Source: Mobula hypostoma | Taxonomy: Eukaryota | NCBI RefSeq assembly: GCF_963921235.1 | Contig: NC_086107.1 | Span: forward strand, 112,470,001-112,534,000 | Reading direction: 5' to 3' | Length of the DNA stretch: 64,000 nucleotides | Part shown: piece by piece, positions 34,982-46,950 of the stretch | Position numbering within the stretch: the first letter of the stretch is position 1 | Layout: each line of letters opens with the position of its first letter | Notes under the pieces: model-generated | Databases searched by the model: none | What the model was told of the DNA's origin: nothing | Seen by the model: only the letters and a program-made list of their open reading frames with translations | Program-made: the position numbers and the translations under genes

Positions 34982-35683
34982 GAAAGAACACACATAGGCA
35001 GGTTATTGGTTAGACTCGCCAAACAGGCCCTCAGAAACAGACTGCAGATAACCCCAAGGACCTCAATGTCCTCCATCCCAGATCCTTAAAGGTGAAAGGG
35101 TAACAAAGCAAGTCAATTCCTAATGCTTATAAATGGGTCATGGACACCAATTGAAGGATTTAATTTATTGATGCCAGGCATTAAATTCTAGAGGAATGCT
35201 ACCGACTGGTGTTTTCCAGGCTGAAGGAGTTTGTGCTGAGGGTGAAGCCACCACAAAGACTTGGTGGGAAGGACCATAGTACAGGGTTCTTCTGCTACTG
35301 GAGTTTAGAAGAACAAGGGGAGATAGACCATAAGACATAGGAGCAGAATTGGGCCATTTAGCCCATCGAGTCTGCTCCGATATTCAATCATGGCTGATCC
35401 TTTTTCCCCTCATCAATGAAACCTTATCGAATATTGAACGGCCTGGATAAAGTGACGCGGAGAGGATGTTTCTTAAAGAGAGGGAATCTAAGACCAGAGG
35501 GCACTGCCTCTGAATAGAATAGAAAGGCCTCCCTTTAGAACACAGACGATGAGGAATTTCTTTAGCTAGAGGATCATGAATCTGTGTAATTCATTGTCAT
35601 ACAGAGCTGTGGAGGCCAAGTCGTTGGGTGTATTTAAAGCAAAGGTTGATAGGTTCTTGACTAGTCAGGCCATCAAAGGTTAT

Positions 35684-36345
35684 GGTGAAAAAGGCGAACG
35701 GTATGCTGGCATTTATAGCAAGAGGATTCGAGTACAGGAGCAGGGAGGTACTACTGCAGTTGTACAAGGCCTTGGTGAGACCACACCTGGAGTATTGTGT
35801 GCAGTTTTGGTCCCCTAATCTGAGGAAAGACATCTTTGCCATAGAGGGAGTACAAAGAAGGTTCACCAGATTGATTCCTGGGATGGCAGGTCTTTCATAT
35901 GAAGAAAGACTGGATGAACTGGGCTTGTACTCGTTGGAATTTAGAAGATTGAGGGGGGATCTGATTGAAACGTATAAGATCCTAAAGGGATTGGACAGGC
36001 TAGATGCGGGAAGATTGTTCCCGATGTTGGGGAGGTCTAGAACGAGGGGTCACAGTTTGAGGATAGAGGGGAAGCCTTTTAGGACCGAGGTTAGGAAAAA
36101 CTTCTTCACACAGAGAGTGGTGAATCTGTGGAATTCTCTGCCACAGCAAACTGTTGAGGCCAGTTCATTAGCTATGTTTAAAAGGAAGTTAGATATGGCC
36201 CTTGTGGCTACAGGGGTCAGGGGGTATGGAGGGAAGGCTGGGTTCTGAGTTGGATGATCAGCCATGATCATAATAAATGGCGGTGCAGGCTCGAAGGGCC
36301 GAATGGCCTACTCCTGCACCTATTTTCTATGTTTCTATGTTTCTA
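35684..36345 (+). mobile_element. Young CR1/HER1-type LINE 3' fragment, inserted in an older CR1 3' end
   Basis: Near-identical to 24761-25430; (TTTCTATG)n tail; older LINE resumes on both sides. Confidence 0.93.
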
Positions 36346-37535
36346 AGACAGGAGAATGGAGTTGGGAGGGATGATAAATCACGGGAAGGCGGAGCAGACT
36401 CAATGGGCCAAATGGCCTGAACTCTGCTCCAACACGTCATGGTCTTATGGATCAGAGGCAAATTTCCTTTTATGAGAATGGTGAGATTATGCGGAAGGTG
36501 CAAAAAGGAGCTGTTGAAGTTTTCATCAGAAATGTAGAGTGGAGATATGAATCATAAGAGGAGCACGGATTAGAACTGGAAACTCCTACTTGCAGCTCCG
36601 TTCGACAGAAGAGGGTGGGACAGTGGGGCGGCTGGTAAGAGTCACCGCCTGTCAGCTCCAGTGAACCAGGTTCAATTCTGACCGTGGGCGCTGTCTCTTG
36701 TGGAGTCTGCATGCTTCCCCTTGTTATTGTATGGGTTTCCTCTGGGTGCTCTGGTTTCTGCCTGAACTTGACACTGTGATTTCCCCAGGTGTGTAGGTGA
36801 GAGTTAGAATCTGGGAGCAGTTGTCAGCATGTGGGGAGAAGAATGGGGATAGTATCAATGGGGGCTTGGTGGTGGATGATGGGCTGAAAGGCCTGCTTTC
36901 ATGCTGGATGACCCCATAACTCTATGGCCTTACACTATACATGGGTGATACAGCAGCGTACAACACCAGCAATCACTGACCCGGGTTCAATTCCCGCCAC
37001 TGCCTGTAAGGAGTTTGTATTTTCTCCCCGTGACCGCGTGGGGTTGCTCCGGGTGCTCCGATTTCCTCCCACAGTGCAAAGGCGTACGGTCAGGGTTAGT
37101 AAGTTGTGGGCACGCCACGCTGGCGCCGGAAGCTTGGTGACCCTTGCAGGCTGCCCCCAGCACATTTGATTTGATGCTAACGATACATTTCACTGTCTGT
37201 TTTGATGTACGTGTGACAAATAAAGTTAAAAGTATTTACTGAAATGTCCAAGCCAAATTATTAGCGTAACACCCGCGATGCAGGTTCAATTCCTGCCGCT
37301 GCCTGTAAGGAGTTTGTACGTTCTTCCTGTGACCATGTGTAATTCCTCCAGTTTACTCCTACATTCCTAAGGAGTACGGGTTAGTAGGTTAATTCGTCAC
37401 CTGGGTGAAATAGGGTGGTGCAGGCCCACTGGGAACTGTGCTGTGTATGTGGCTGACCACAGCCAAAGCCTTCAGTACAACCATCGACTACCCAACAATT
37501 ACTTTCAGATGAATCGGACAGCTCATAATCTTGAT

Positions 37536-37742
37536 CAACACACATCAAATTTGCTGGTGAACACAGCAGACCTGGCAGCATCTCTAGGAAGAGGTACAGT
37601 CGACGTCCTGACGAAGGGTCTCGGCCTGAAACGTCGACTGTACCTCTTCCTAGAGATGCTGCCTGGCCTGCTGCGTTCACCAGCAAATTTGATGTGTGTT
37701 GCTTGAATTTCCAGCATCTGCAGAATTCCTCGTGTTTACATT
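37536..37742 (+). mobile_element. Young short Penelope-like terminal-repeat insertion with inverted 5' arm
   Basis: 37536-37606 is the reverse complement of 37631-37701; 13-bp TSD TCATAATCTTGAT (37523-37535 / 37743-37755). Confidence 0.8.
37605..37640 (+). ncRNA. Minimal type-I hammerhead ribozyme motif
   Basis: GUC-CUGACGA(37608-37614)-AGGGUCUCGGCCU-GAAA-CGUC^GACUG; predicted cleavage after 37635. Confidence 0.7.
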
Positions 37743-38392
37743 TCATAATCTTGATGTTGTATTTGAATTTCCTTTTCAGGTGCTCTGCAACGGTGAAGTC
37801 ACCTATTGCCATATCTATAAAAATGACTCCGTCTCCCCTGTTGTTGCAAACTTCATCCATGCCTTTCGAACCTTTAGTCTTTACAGATATACTGTGGAGA
37901 GCATTCTAACTGGCTGCCTCACCAGTCTCGGGGGTGGGGGTGTTAGTGGCGCTGCGCAGGATCAAAAGAAGCTACAGGAAGTTGTAAAATTAGTCAGCTC
38001 CCTACTGTTGAGGACACCTTCAAGGAGCAATGCGCAGAAAGGCGGCATCCATTATTAATGACCCCCATCAGCCAGGACATGGACATCTTTTCATTACCAA
38101 CATCAGGGAGGAGGTACAGGAGCCTGAAGGCACACACTCAATGATTCAGGAACAGCTTCTTCCCCTCTGCCATCCAATTTCTGATTGGACATTGAACCCA
38201 TGAACACTACCTCACTACCTTTTTATTTCTGTTTTGTACTACTTATTTAATTTAACTATTTTATATATATATACTTACGGTAATTCACAGTTTTTTTTTC
38301 TATATTATCGTGCACTGCATAGCACTGCTACCGAAAAGTTAACAAATTTCGTGACATATGCTGGTGATATTAAACCTGATTCTGACTCTGAT

Positions 38393-38748
38393 ACGTCTCT
38401 ACCAAAGGAGGTGTGAGGTGCTCCTTCCCTCCACTAGCCTGCAGGGCACCCTTGGCAAGGTGCAGCACCCGCTTAGCCTCCCTCCCAACCCCAAGCAGGG
38501 TCACGCGAAGCCATGGGAACAGGTGGTGGATGATCGTATGAGCAGCTGGTGCACCACTAACACCACTAACACCAGGCGGACAACCTCTGAGGAGTATTGA
38601 TAATGGCTGGGGTCACCCATCTTGCAAAGGCACTGCCCAGGAGAAAGCAATGGCAAAGCACTTCTGTAGAAAAATTTGCCAAGAACAATCATGGTCATGG
38701 AGAGACTGTGATCGCTCACGTCATACAACAAGGCACATAGTGAATGAA
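38393..38748 (+). mobile_element. RTE-related SINE-like element; second copy at about 61190-61522(-)
   Basis: GCAATGGCAAA.CACTTC.GTA...TTTGCCAAGAA motif typical of RTE/BovB-partnered SINEs. Confidence 0.6.
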
Positions 38749-39051
38749 CATCAAAACATACAGAGAAATGTGTTGCTTTGCGTCAACAACCAACATAGTC
38801 TGAGGACATACTGGGAGCAGCCTGTAAGTGGCACCGCACTTCTTGCGCCAACATAGCATGCCCACAACTTACTTCGTACATCTTTGGAATGTGGGAGGGA
38901 AATGGACGGACAAACTCACTACAAACAGCAGTGGGAACTGAACCCAAATGGGTGCACTGGTGCTGTGAGAAGTGCGCTAATTCCCACACTGCCAAGTTGC
39001 ACAGTTAAGCTGCGGGAGGAACCCAGCGGGTCGAGCAGCATCTTTGGTGAG

Positions 39052-39262
39052 TGTCAGACCTGCTCCCCCTGGCACTTCCCAGCCTGAACGTGCAGGCGCG
39101 TCCCAGTCTCCTCCCAGAGAATAGATTTCACCTGCCGCTCATGCCAGACTCATCACCTGCAGCCTATTTAAACCCAGTTCTCATCCACTGTCCTTGTTCA
39201 CTCATTGAACTGGCTGGCCTCAACCAGTTGCTCCTAACCTTCACTCTCCCTGCCTAAAGTTT
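39052..39262 (+). mobile_element. Possible truncated solo LTR
   Basis: Begins TGTCA and has CACCTG boxes before a TATTTAAA box, as in fish Gypsy LTR U3 regions; no partner LTR or TSD found. Confidence 0.3.
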
Positions 39263-39360
39263 ACCTTAAACACAAGAGATCCCGCGGATGCTGCAAAACC
39301 AGAGCAACACACAAGTGCTGGAGGAACTCAGCAGGTCACGCAGCGTCTTTGGAAATAAAT

Positions 39361-39913
39361 AAACATAGAAACATAGAAACATAGAAAATAGGTGCAGGAG
39401 TAGGCCATTCGGCCCTTCGAGCCTGCACCGCCATTTATTATGATCATGGCTGATCATCCAACTCAGAACCCCGCCCCAGCCTTCCCTCCATACCCCCTGA
39501 CCCCCGTAGCCACAAGGGCTATATCTAACTCCCTCTTAAATATAGCCAATGAACTGGCCTCAACAGTTTCCTGTGGCAGAGAATTCCACAGATTCACCAC
39601 TCTCTGTGTGAAGAAGTTTTTCCTAATCTCGGTCCTAAAAGGCTTCCCCTTTATCCTCAAACTGTGACCCCTCGTTCTGGACTTCCCCAACATCGGGAAC
39701 AATCTTCCTGCATCTAGCCTGTCCAATCCCTTTATGATTTTATACGTTTCAATCAGATCCCCCCTCAATCTTCTAAATTCCAACGAGTACAAGCCCAGTT
39801 CATCCAGTCTTTCTTCATATGAAAGTCCTGCCATCCCAGGAATCAATCTGGTGAACCTTCTTTGTACTCCCTCTATGGCAAAGATGTCTTTCCTCAGATT
39901 AGGGGACCAAAAC
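39361..39913 (-). mobile_element. Young CR1/HER1-type LINE 3' fragment, inserted in a Penelope-like terminal repeat
   Basis: ORF 39463-39846 matches the same C-terminus; (CATAGAAA)n tail on +; AAACA at both junctions. Confidence 0.93.
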
Positions 39914-40499
39914 AGTTGATGTTTCAGGCCAAGACCCTTCTTCAGGACTGCAGAGGAAGGGACAAGGTGCCAAAATAATCACAGAGGGGGAGCAGAGAGA
40001 GAGGGTCTCACTGAACTTCCGTTGAAGGAAGAATTGAACTTCTTCAGGGTAGCCATCTCTCAAAGAGGCTTCGCAGTGGAGCAGCAAATGTCTGTTTTGA
40101 TTAGTTTCTGTTCGCTCTTATTTTGTGGCTCCTTGTGGCTTGTTATTTTGCGGTCCATTATTAAAGTTATCATTTACCACTGAATTAGCTCCACAGCTCT
40201 GTTAATGGGTTAAGCCTCCTCTACATTTCCTGACAGGGGGTGGGGGTGGTGAGGGAAGGTCAACATTATGTTGCCTCTCAACCCATGGATTTCCTCTAGG
40301 AGGTCTTTTCCTCCTCCAGAATCCAGCACGTGCAGCCTCCTGTGCCTCCACCAAATTCTGTTGCCCCAGGTTCCTCCTCACGCTTAGACCCAGTCTGCGA
40401 TCACTCTTGCGGTCACTAACTTGTAACGGTTCCCCAATATAATCATTGCTTCAGTTTAAAAATTGAAAAAAATTAAAAATTTAAAAGTGTAGCAGTAAG

Positions 40500-42395
40500 C
40501 TATATCTTGGCATTCAATACCATCATGTCTTCAAAACTAATCAATAAGCCTCAAGACTTAACCCTTGAATGCCTCCATGTGCAATTGGATCCTTGATTTC
40601 CTCACTTGCAGACCACAGTCAGTTCGGATTGGCGACAACATCTCCTCTATGATTTCCAATGGTACAGGTGCATCACAAGGTGATCTTCTTGCTTTACACT
40701 TATGACTGTGTGGCTAAGCACAGCTCCAATGCCACATTTAACTTTGTCGATAACACCACATTCATAGACTGAATGAAAGGTGGTGATGAACCAGCATACA
40801 GGAGTGATATTGAAAATTTGAGTCAATGGTGAAACAACTACAACCTCTCACTCAGTGTCAGCAAGACCAAGGAGCTAATTATATATAGGCAAGGTTGCGT
40901 CACAGCCTGATACGGAAACACCAGAGTCCTTGAATGGAAGATCCTACAAAAAGTAGTGGGTGCGGCCCAGTCGGTCACGTGTAGAGCTCTCACAACCATT
41001 GAGCACGTCTACACGGAGCGCTGTCGCAGGAAAGCAGCATCCATCATCCGGAACACCCATCACTCAGGCCATGCTCTCTTCCTGTTGCGGAAATCAGGAA
41101 GAAGGAACAGGAGCCTCAGGACTCACACCACCAGGTTGTGAGGAGGATGCTAAGAGGATGCAGGGTGACTTGGATAGGTTGGGTGAGTGGGCAAATTCAT
41201 GGCAGATGCAATTTAATGTGAATAAATGTGAAGTTATCCACTTTGGTGGCAAAAACAGGAAAACAGATTATTATCTGAATGGTGGCCGATTAGAAAAAGG
41301 GGAGGTGCAACGAGACCTGGGTGTCATTATACACCAGTCATTGAAAGTAGGCATGCAGGTACAGCAGGCGGTGAAAAAGGCGAATGGTATGCTGGCATTT
41401 ATAGCAAGAGGATTCGAGTACAGGAGCAGGTACAGTTGTACAACTGCAGTTGTACAAGGCCTTGGTGAGACCACACCTGGAGTATTGTGTGCAGTTTTGG
41501 TCCCCTAATCTGAGGAAAGACATCCTTGCCATAGAGGGAGTACAAAGAAGGTTCACCAGATTGATTCCTGGGATGGCAGGACTTTCATATGATGAAAGAC
41601 TGGATGAACTGGGCTTATACTCGTTGGAATTTAGAAGGTTGAGGGGGGATCTGATTGAAACGTATAAAATCATAAAGGGATTGGACAGGCTAGATGCAGG
41701 AAGATTGTTCCCGATGTTGGGGAAGTCCAGAACGAGGGGTCACAGTTTGAGGATAAAGGGGAAGCCTTTTAGGACCGAGATGAGGAAAAACTTCTTCACA
41801 CAGAGAGTGGTGAATCTGTGGAATTCTCTGCCACAGGAAACAGTTGAGGCCAGTTCATTGGTTATATTTAAGAGGGAGTTAGATATGGCCCTTGTGGCTA
41901 AAGGGATCAGGGGGTATGGAGGGAAGGCTGGTACAGGGTTCTGAGTTGGATGATCAGCCATGATCATAATAAATGGCGGTGCAGGCTCGAAGGGCCGAAT
42001 GGCCTACTCCTGCACCTATTTTCTATGTTTCTATGTTTCTATGTTCAGGATCAGTTATTACCCCTCAACCATCAGGCTCTTGAACCAGAGGGGATAACCT
42101 CACTCAACTTCACTTGCCCCATCACTGAACTGTTCCCACAACCTATGGACTCACTTTCAAGGACCCGTCATCTCATGTTCTTGATATTTGTTACTTATTT
42201 ATTTATTTTCATTATTTCTTTTTGTATTTGCACAGTTTGTATTTTTTTTGCACTGTAGTTGAACACCCAAGTTGGTGCGGTCTTTCATTGATTCTATTAT
42301 GGATTTATTGAGTATGACCACAAGAAAATGAATCTCAGGTTGTATATGGTGACATATATGAGAATAAAGTTTATTTTGAACTTTTGAACTTTGCA
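40500..42395 (+). mobile_element. Rex1/Babar-type LINE remnant (RT to 3' UTR), split by the young CR1 at 41137-42045
   Basis: Degenerate [34 protein letters not shown], and C-terminal KAASII...H.GHALF...SGRR...THTTR. Confidence 0.8.
41137..42045 (+). mobile_element. Young CR1/HER1-type LINE 3' fragment, inserted in a Rex1/Babar LINE
   Basis: Near-identical to 24529-25430; GTT at both junctions; host LINE text CACCACCAGGTT...CAGGATCAGTTATTAC resumes after the tail. Confidence 0.93.
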
Positions 42396-42474
42396 AAATA
42401 CTCTTTCTTCTCTTTGAATCTTTACATAATCTCCCTCCTTGCTATATATTTGCATCCCAATCTACTATAGAACG

Positions 42475-43000
42475 GAGAACACAGAACACAGAACACTACA
42501 GCACAGTACACACCCTTTGGCCCAGCTTCTAACCTAACCCTTCCCTCTATTTTTCTCTCATCCATGTCCCTAACTAAGAGTCTCTTAAATGTGCCTAATG
42601 TATCTCCCTCTACCACCACCCCTGGCAGTGCGTTCCACACAGCCCTACTCTCTGTATATAATACTACTTCTGACACCCCCCTATACTTCCCGCCAAACAC
42701 CTTAGAGTTCTGCCATCTTATATTAGTCATTTCCACCCTGGGAGAGAGTCGCCAACTCTCCGCTCGAATTCTTATCATCTTGTACACCTCTATCAAGTCA
42801 CCTCTCACTCCAAAGAGAAAAGCCCTAGCTCGCTCAACCTATCCTCGTAATCTCTAATCCTGGTAAATCTCTTCCGCATCCTCTCTAAAGCTTCCACTGA
42901 TCCTTCCTCTAAGGAGGTGACCAGAACTGAACACAATTTTCCACGTGCGGCCTGACGTGTCTTATAGAGCTACAGCATTACCTTGCAGTTTTTGAACAAT
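42475..43000 (-). mobile_element. Old CR1-type LINE 3' fragment
   Basis: ORF 42422-42808 has MRGDLIEVYK...VWNALP; (ACAGAAC)n tail. Confidence 0.75.
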
Positions 43001-43638
43001 ATAGCCCTCCAAGATTTCTGCTCCCTCTCAAATTCCTCTTGATATCCTGAAATTTAATCACTCCACACTAGTGGCCCTAAGCTTGACAAATGCCTCACTA
43101 ACCCTCTGTGGCTGAGGCCTACAACATCGGCACTGGCCTTGACATTGAACAGGCTTCATGGCTGTGGGCTCACTTTCGGCAATTCTGCAGCCCACATTCT
43201 GTCTGTTATTTGTATGCTTATTTTATTGTTTGCATGATTGGTACATTTTTTTGGGTGTCAACCACACTGGGTGTTTGATGGTCTTTGTTGTGTGAGGTTT
43301 TTCTCATTGATTCTATTGTGTTTCTTTATTTTGTGGCTGCCTGCAAGAAGATGAACCTCAAAGTTGTAGATACTGTACATAGTTTGATAATAAATGCACT
43401 TTGACACTTTGAACTTTAAACGCCTCCAGCTATCCACCTCTCCTTCATAACTGACCCCTTAAAATTTCATGGCCCTGGTCTTTACTGCTTCATGTGGCGG
43501 TGTCAGAATTTGCTGAGGCCACATGGTCTATCTTACAGTAAAGGTGCTTTATAAGTCCAAGGTGTAACTACAACAGAGTAACACACAAAGTGCAGCAGGA
43601 ACTCAGCAGGTCAGGCAGCATTTATGGAGGGAAATGAA

Positions 43639-43676
43639 CAGTCAACATTTCAGGCCGAGACCATTCATCAGGACTG
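43639..43676 (-). ncRNA. Minimal type-I hammerhead ribozyme motif (stem II partly mutated)
   Basis: CAGUC-CUGAUGA-AUGGUCUCGGCCU-GAAA-UGUU-GACUG. Confidence 0.55.
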
Positions 43677-44702
43677 TGTCTAAGCTCCTTGCAGATCTCT
43701 GTAAAAACCAGTGCCCAGTCACCATAGAGTCCAGAACAATGCTTATAGGAAAGGAAAACTTTGCAGATGCTGAAAATCGTAAACAAAATACTGGGAACAT
43801 TTCAATGGTTTAAAGGCACTGGGAATCTTCCTTCAGGTAGCTTCTACCACCCCCCCCCCCGCCACCCCCGTGTCCAACTCTTCCCATCGCTTGACTTGTT
43901 TATGGGTAACTTCTACTTTTCCCACATCTGATGAAACCATATTAACCTAAAAAGAAACTTTGTTTCTCCCTCTGCAGATGCTGCCTGACCTGCTGGGCAA
44001 TTCCTGCGTTTTGTTTCTGATCTCCAACAGGGAGATGAGAAGGCAGCTGAACACTGTGTTATCATGAGAGAAGAGTCTACTTGACCTTGAGACAAAGCGG
44101 CAGCCTGGAACACTGCCCAAGGACACTTGCATAATTATGCATGACTATCCACCCCATAGGTTAAGGATGTATTTGGGCATTGTTCCAATGCAAAGTCCTT
44201 AATAACACTTTGCTTCCCTAAGGAGCTCCTGTTGTGATGCCCTGGGGTTGATTTAATTGATTTCTAAACAATACAAACATCCAGTCACAGAGTTATAGAA
44301 TCATCAGGCACAGAAACAGGCTCTTCAGCCCATCTAAACAGTGCTAGTTCCATTGACCTGCACTCAGACCATAACCCTCCATACCTCTCCCATCCATGTA
44401 CTTATCCAAATTTCTATTAAATATTGAAATCAAATCCCCATACCTCACTTCTGCTGGCAGCTCGTCCCACACTCTCACCACCACTTGAGTGAAGAATCCC
44501 CCCCAATGTTCCCCTTAAATATTTCACCTTTCACCCTTAACCCATGACCTCTAGTTCTAGTCTCACCCTACCTCAGTGGAAAAAGCCTGCTTGCGTTTAC
44601 CCTATCTATATCACTCATAATTTTATATGCCTCTATCAAACATCCCCTCATTCTCCTACATTTTGGGAAACAAAGTCCGAATCTATTCAACTTTTCCATA
44701 TA

Positions 44703-45325
44703 CAAGGGGTGATTGATAAGTTCATGGCCTGAGGTAGAAGGAGTCAATTTTAGAAAACTTAGCACATTTATTTTTCAACATAGTCCTCTCCTACGTGTAC
44801 ACACTTAGTCCAGCGGTCGTGGAGCATACGGATCCCTTCTTTGTAGAAGTGGTCCACAGCAGGGGTGATTGATAAGTGCGTAGCCTAAGGTAGAAGGCGA
44901 TGAGTTAATAACTTCAAACTTCCTGCATTATCACTCAAAGAGTAGAACTGCACGTGCATGTAACGAGAGCGTCTTGGACCTCCAGGTGGTCCACAGCAGG
45001 AGTGATTGATAAGTTTGTGGCCTAAAGTGGAAGGAGATGAGTTATACCACTCTCGTTACATGCACGTGCAGTTCTACTCTTTGAGTGATAGTGCAGGAAG
45101 TTTGAAGTTAATAACTCATCGCCTTCTACCCTAGGCCACAAACTTATCAATCACCCCTGCTGTGGACCACTTCTGGAGGTCCAAGACACCGACTTCTACA
45201 AAGAAGGGATCCGTATGCTCCACGACCGCTGGACTAAGTGTGCAAATGTAGGAAAAATAAATGTGCTAGGTTTTCTAAAATTGACTCCTTCTACCTTAGG
45301 CCACGAACTTATCAATCACCCCTCA
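44703..45325. mobile_element. Palindromic mariner-family MITE
   Basis: TA TSD (44701-44702 / 45326-45327); TIR (C/T)(A/G)AGGGGTGATTGATAAG; both arms carry the mariner transposase C-terminus DFYKEGIRMLHDRWTKC (45191-45243, and reverse complement near 44800-44850). Confidence 0.85.
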
Positions 45326-45548
45326 TAACTCAGATCCTCAGTTCCTTGCAACATCCTTGTAAATTTCTCTGCACCCCTTCAATCCTATTGATGTCTTTCC
45401 TGTAGGTAGACGAACAGAACTGCACACAGTACTTCAAATTAGACCTCACCAAAGTCTTATATAATTGCAACATGACTTCCCAATTCCTGTACTTTGACTT
45501 ATGAAGGCCAATGTGCCAAAAGTTCTGTTTGTGACCCTATCTACCTAA

Positions 45549-45745
45549 GACTGGTGGTGTAGTGGCATCTGCACCGGACTTTGGAGTGAGTGGTCATGGG
45601 TTTGAATCCAGCCGGCCCCTTTCATGTCTTCCATCTGTGCTGAGTTGAGTGACAAACTAGCAACTCGGCCTCGTAAAACAGACAAAAACAATGAAAAGGC
45701 AAAGTTGCCAGTTGATACGCCAAACAAGGCGTGGGGAGGAACTTT
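45549..45745 (+). mobile_element. tRNA-derived SINE, another family; second copy at about 60960-61128(-)
   Basis: GGTGGTGTAGTGG ... GGTTTGAATCC head; shared body CTAGCAACTCGGCCTCGTAAAA. Confidence 0.65.
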
Positions 45746-46950
45746 ACCTTTTTTTTACCTCCTTATAACACCACTGTCAATGAACTATGGATCAGTATTC
45801 CCAGATCCTTCTGTTCTACCACACTCCTCAGCGCCTTACCACTTACTAGGTAAGACCTGCCCTGGTTTGCCCTCCCAAAGTGCAACACCTCACACTTGTC
45901 TGCATTAAATCCCATCTGCCATTTTTCAGCCCATTTTCCAGCTAGTCCTTGAGATAAGACAGCCTTGATTCCTCTGATTTAGATTTGGTGAGTCACTTTA
46001 ATGATGCATTCAGCTAAAAGTGGGCTTTTTATAAAATAAAAGATGAAAATTAAATTTATTTGTCACAAATATATCAAACTTACTGCCCATTACACCACTG
46101 GTACTGGCAGCAGTGAAGGTCCTCCCCTTCTGTCTGTCCTTGTCCAAATTTGGTCTTGTTCTTGGCAGTGTTCAGGGCTTACTTCATCAAGTCAGTACCT
46201 TCCTCTCGGTCCTCACTACTGTCAGTCATCCAAGTCCCGGGTGGAGACTCAGGAATACCATCGCACTCAGATTTAGAAGGATTCTTCAATGATATTTCCA
46301 AAACAATTTTGTTTTTTGACCACTCAGGGTTTTTAGCTGAGCTGAGACCCTGAACCTGGAGGACCGGTGGACCACTCTTAGTCTGACCTCTACCCTTTGA
46401 CCTGTTTGGCTTGGGTGACCCTACCAAGACTCAAAGCACAAGGCCCTGACTCTAGCCAGCATAGCTCTCTGGATCATTGAGGTGCGCAAGCCTCCAAACC
46501 CAATGACGAGGTTCTCTTAGAGGATGTACATCAAAACATATTGTGAAATGCATTGTTTGCATCAAGGACCAAGATGGTCTGAGCGCAGGAGTAGCCCACA
46601 GTGATGCCACACTTCTGGCACCAACGTTGCATGCCCACGCCTTACAACCCTAACTGCACAGCTTTAGAATGTAGGGGGAAACCCACATGGTCACAGGGAG
46701 AACATCCAAACTCCTTTCAGGCAGAGGCAGGATTTGAACCCGGGTCGCTGGTACCGTATAGCGTTACGCTAACCATTATGCTACCATGCAGGTCACCCCT
46801 GGAAAGCAGCTGTCCAAGTCTTTAAACGAGGCCTGGTATCAAGCAGTCTGAACATCCACCAGCAAGTTAGTGGTGAGAAATTGCTGTTTGATACTTTTAT
46901 CAACTCTGAGAAGACTGTAGGGAGGTGGTAGGTGGCCAGGTTTGACATCA

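Larger units (their letters stand above)
44290..45950 (-). mobile_element. Old CR1-type LINE interrupted by a mariner MITE and a tRNA-SINE
   Basis: RRMRGCLIEAYKIM motif; LINE text is colinear across both insertions. Confidence 0.75.

Noticed and set aside
34117..35076. Long His/Thr- and Cys/Val-repeat ORFs
   Set aside because: They are translations of the (AC)n microsatellite; the real coding frame is a different minus-strand frame at 34301-34495.
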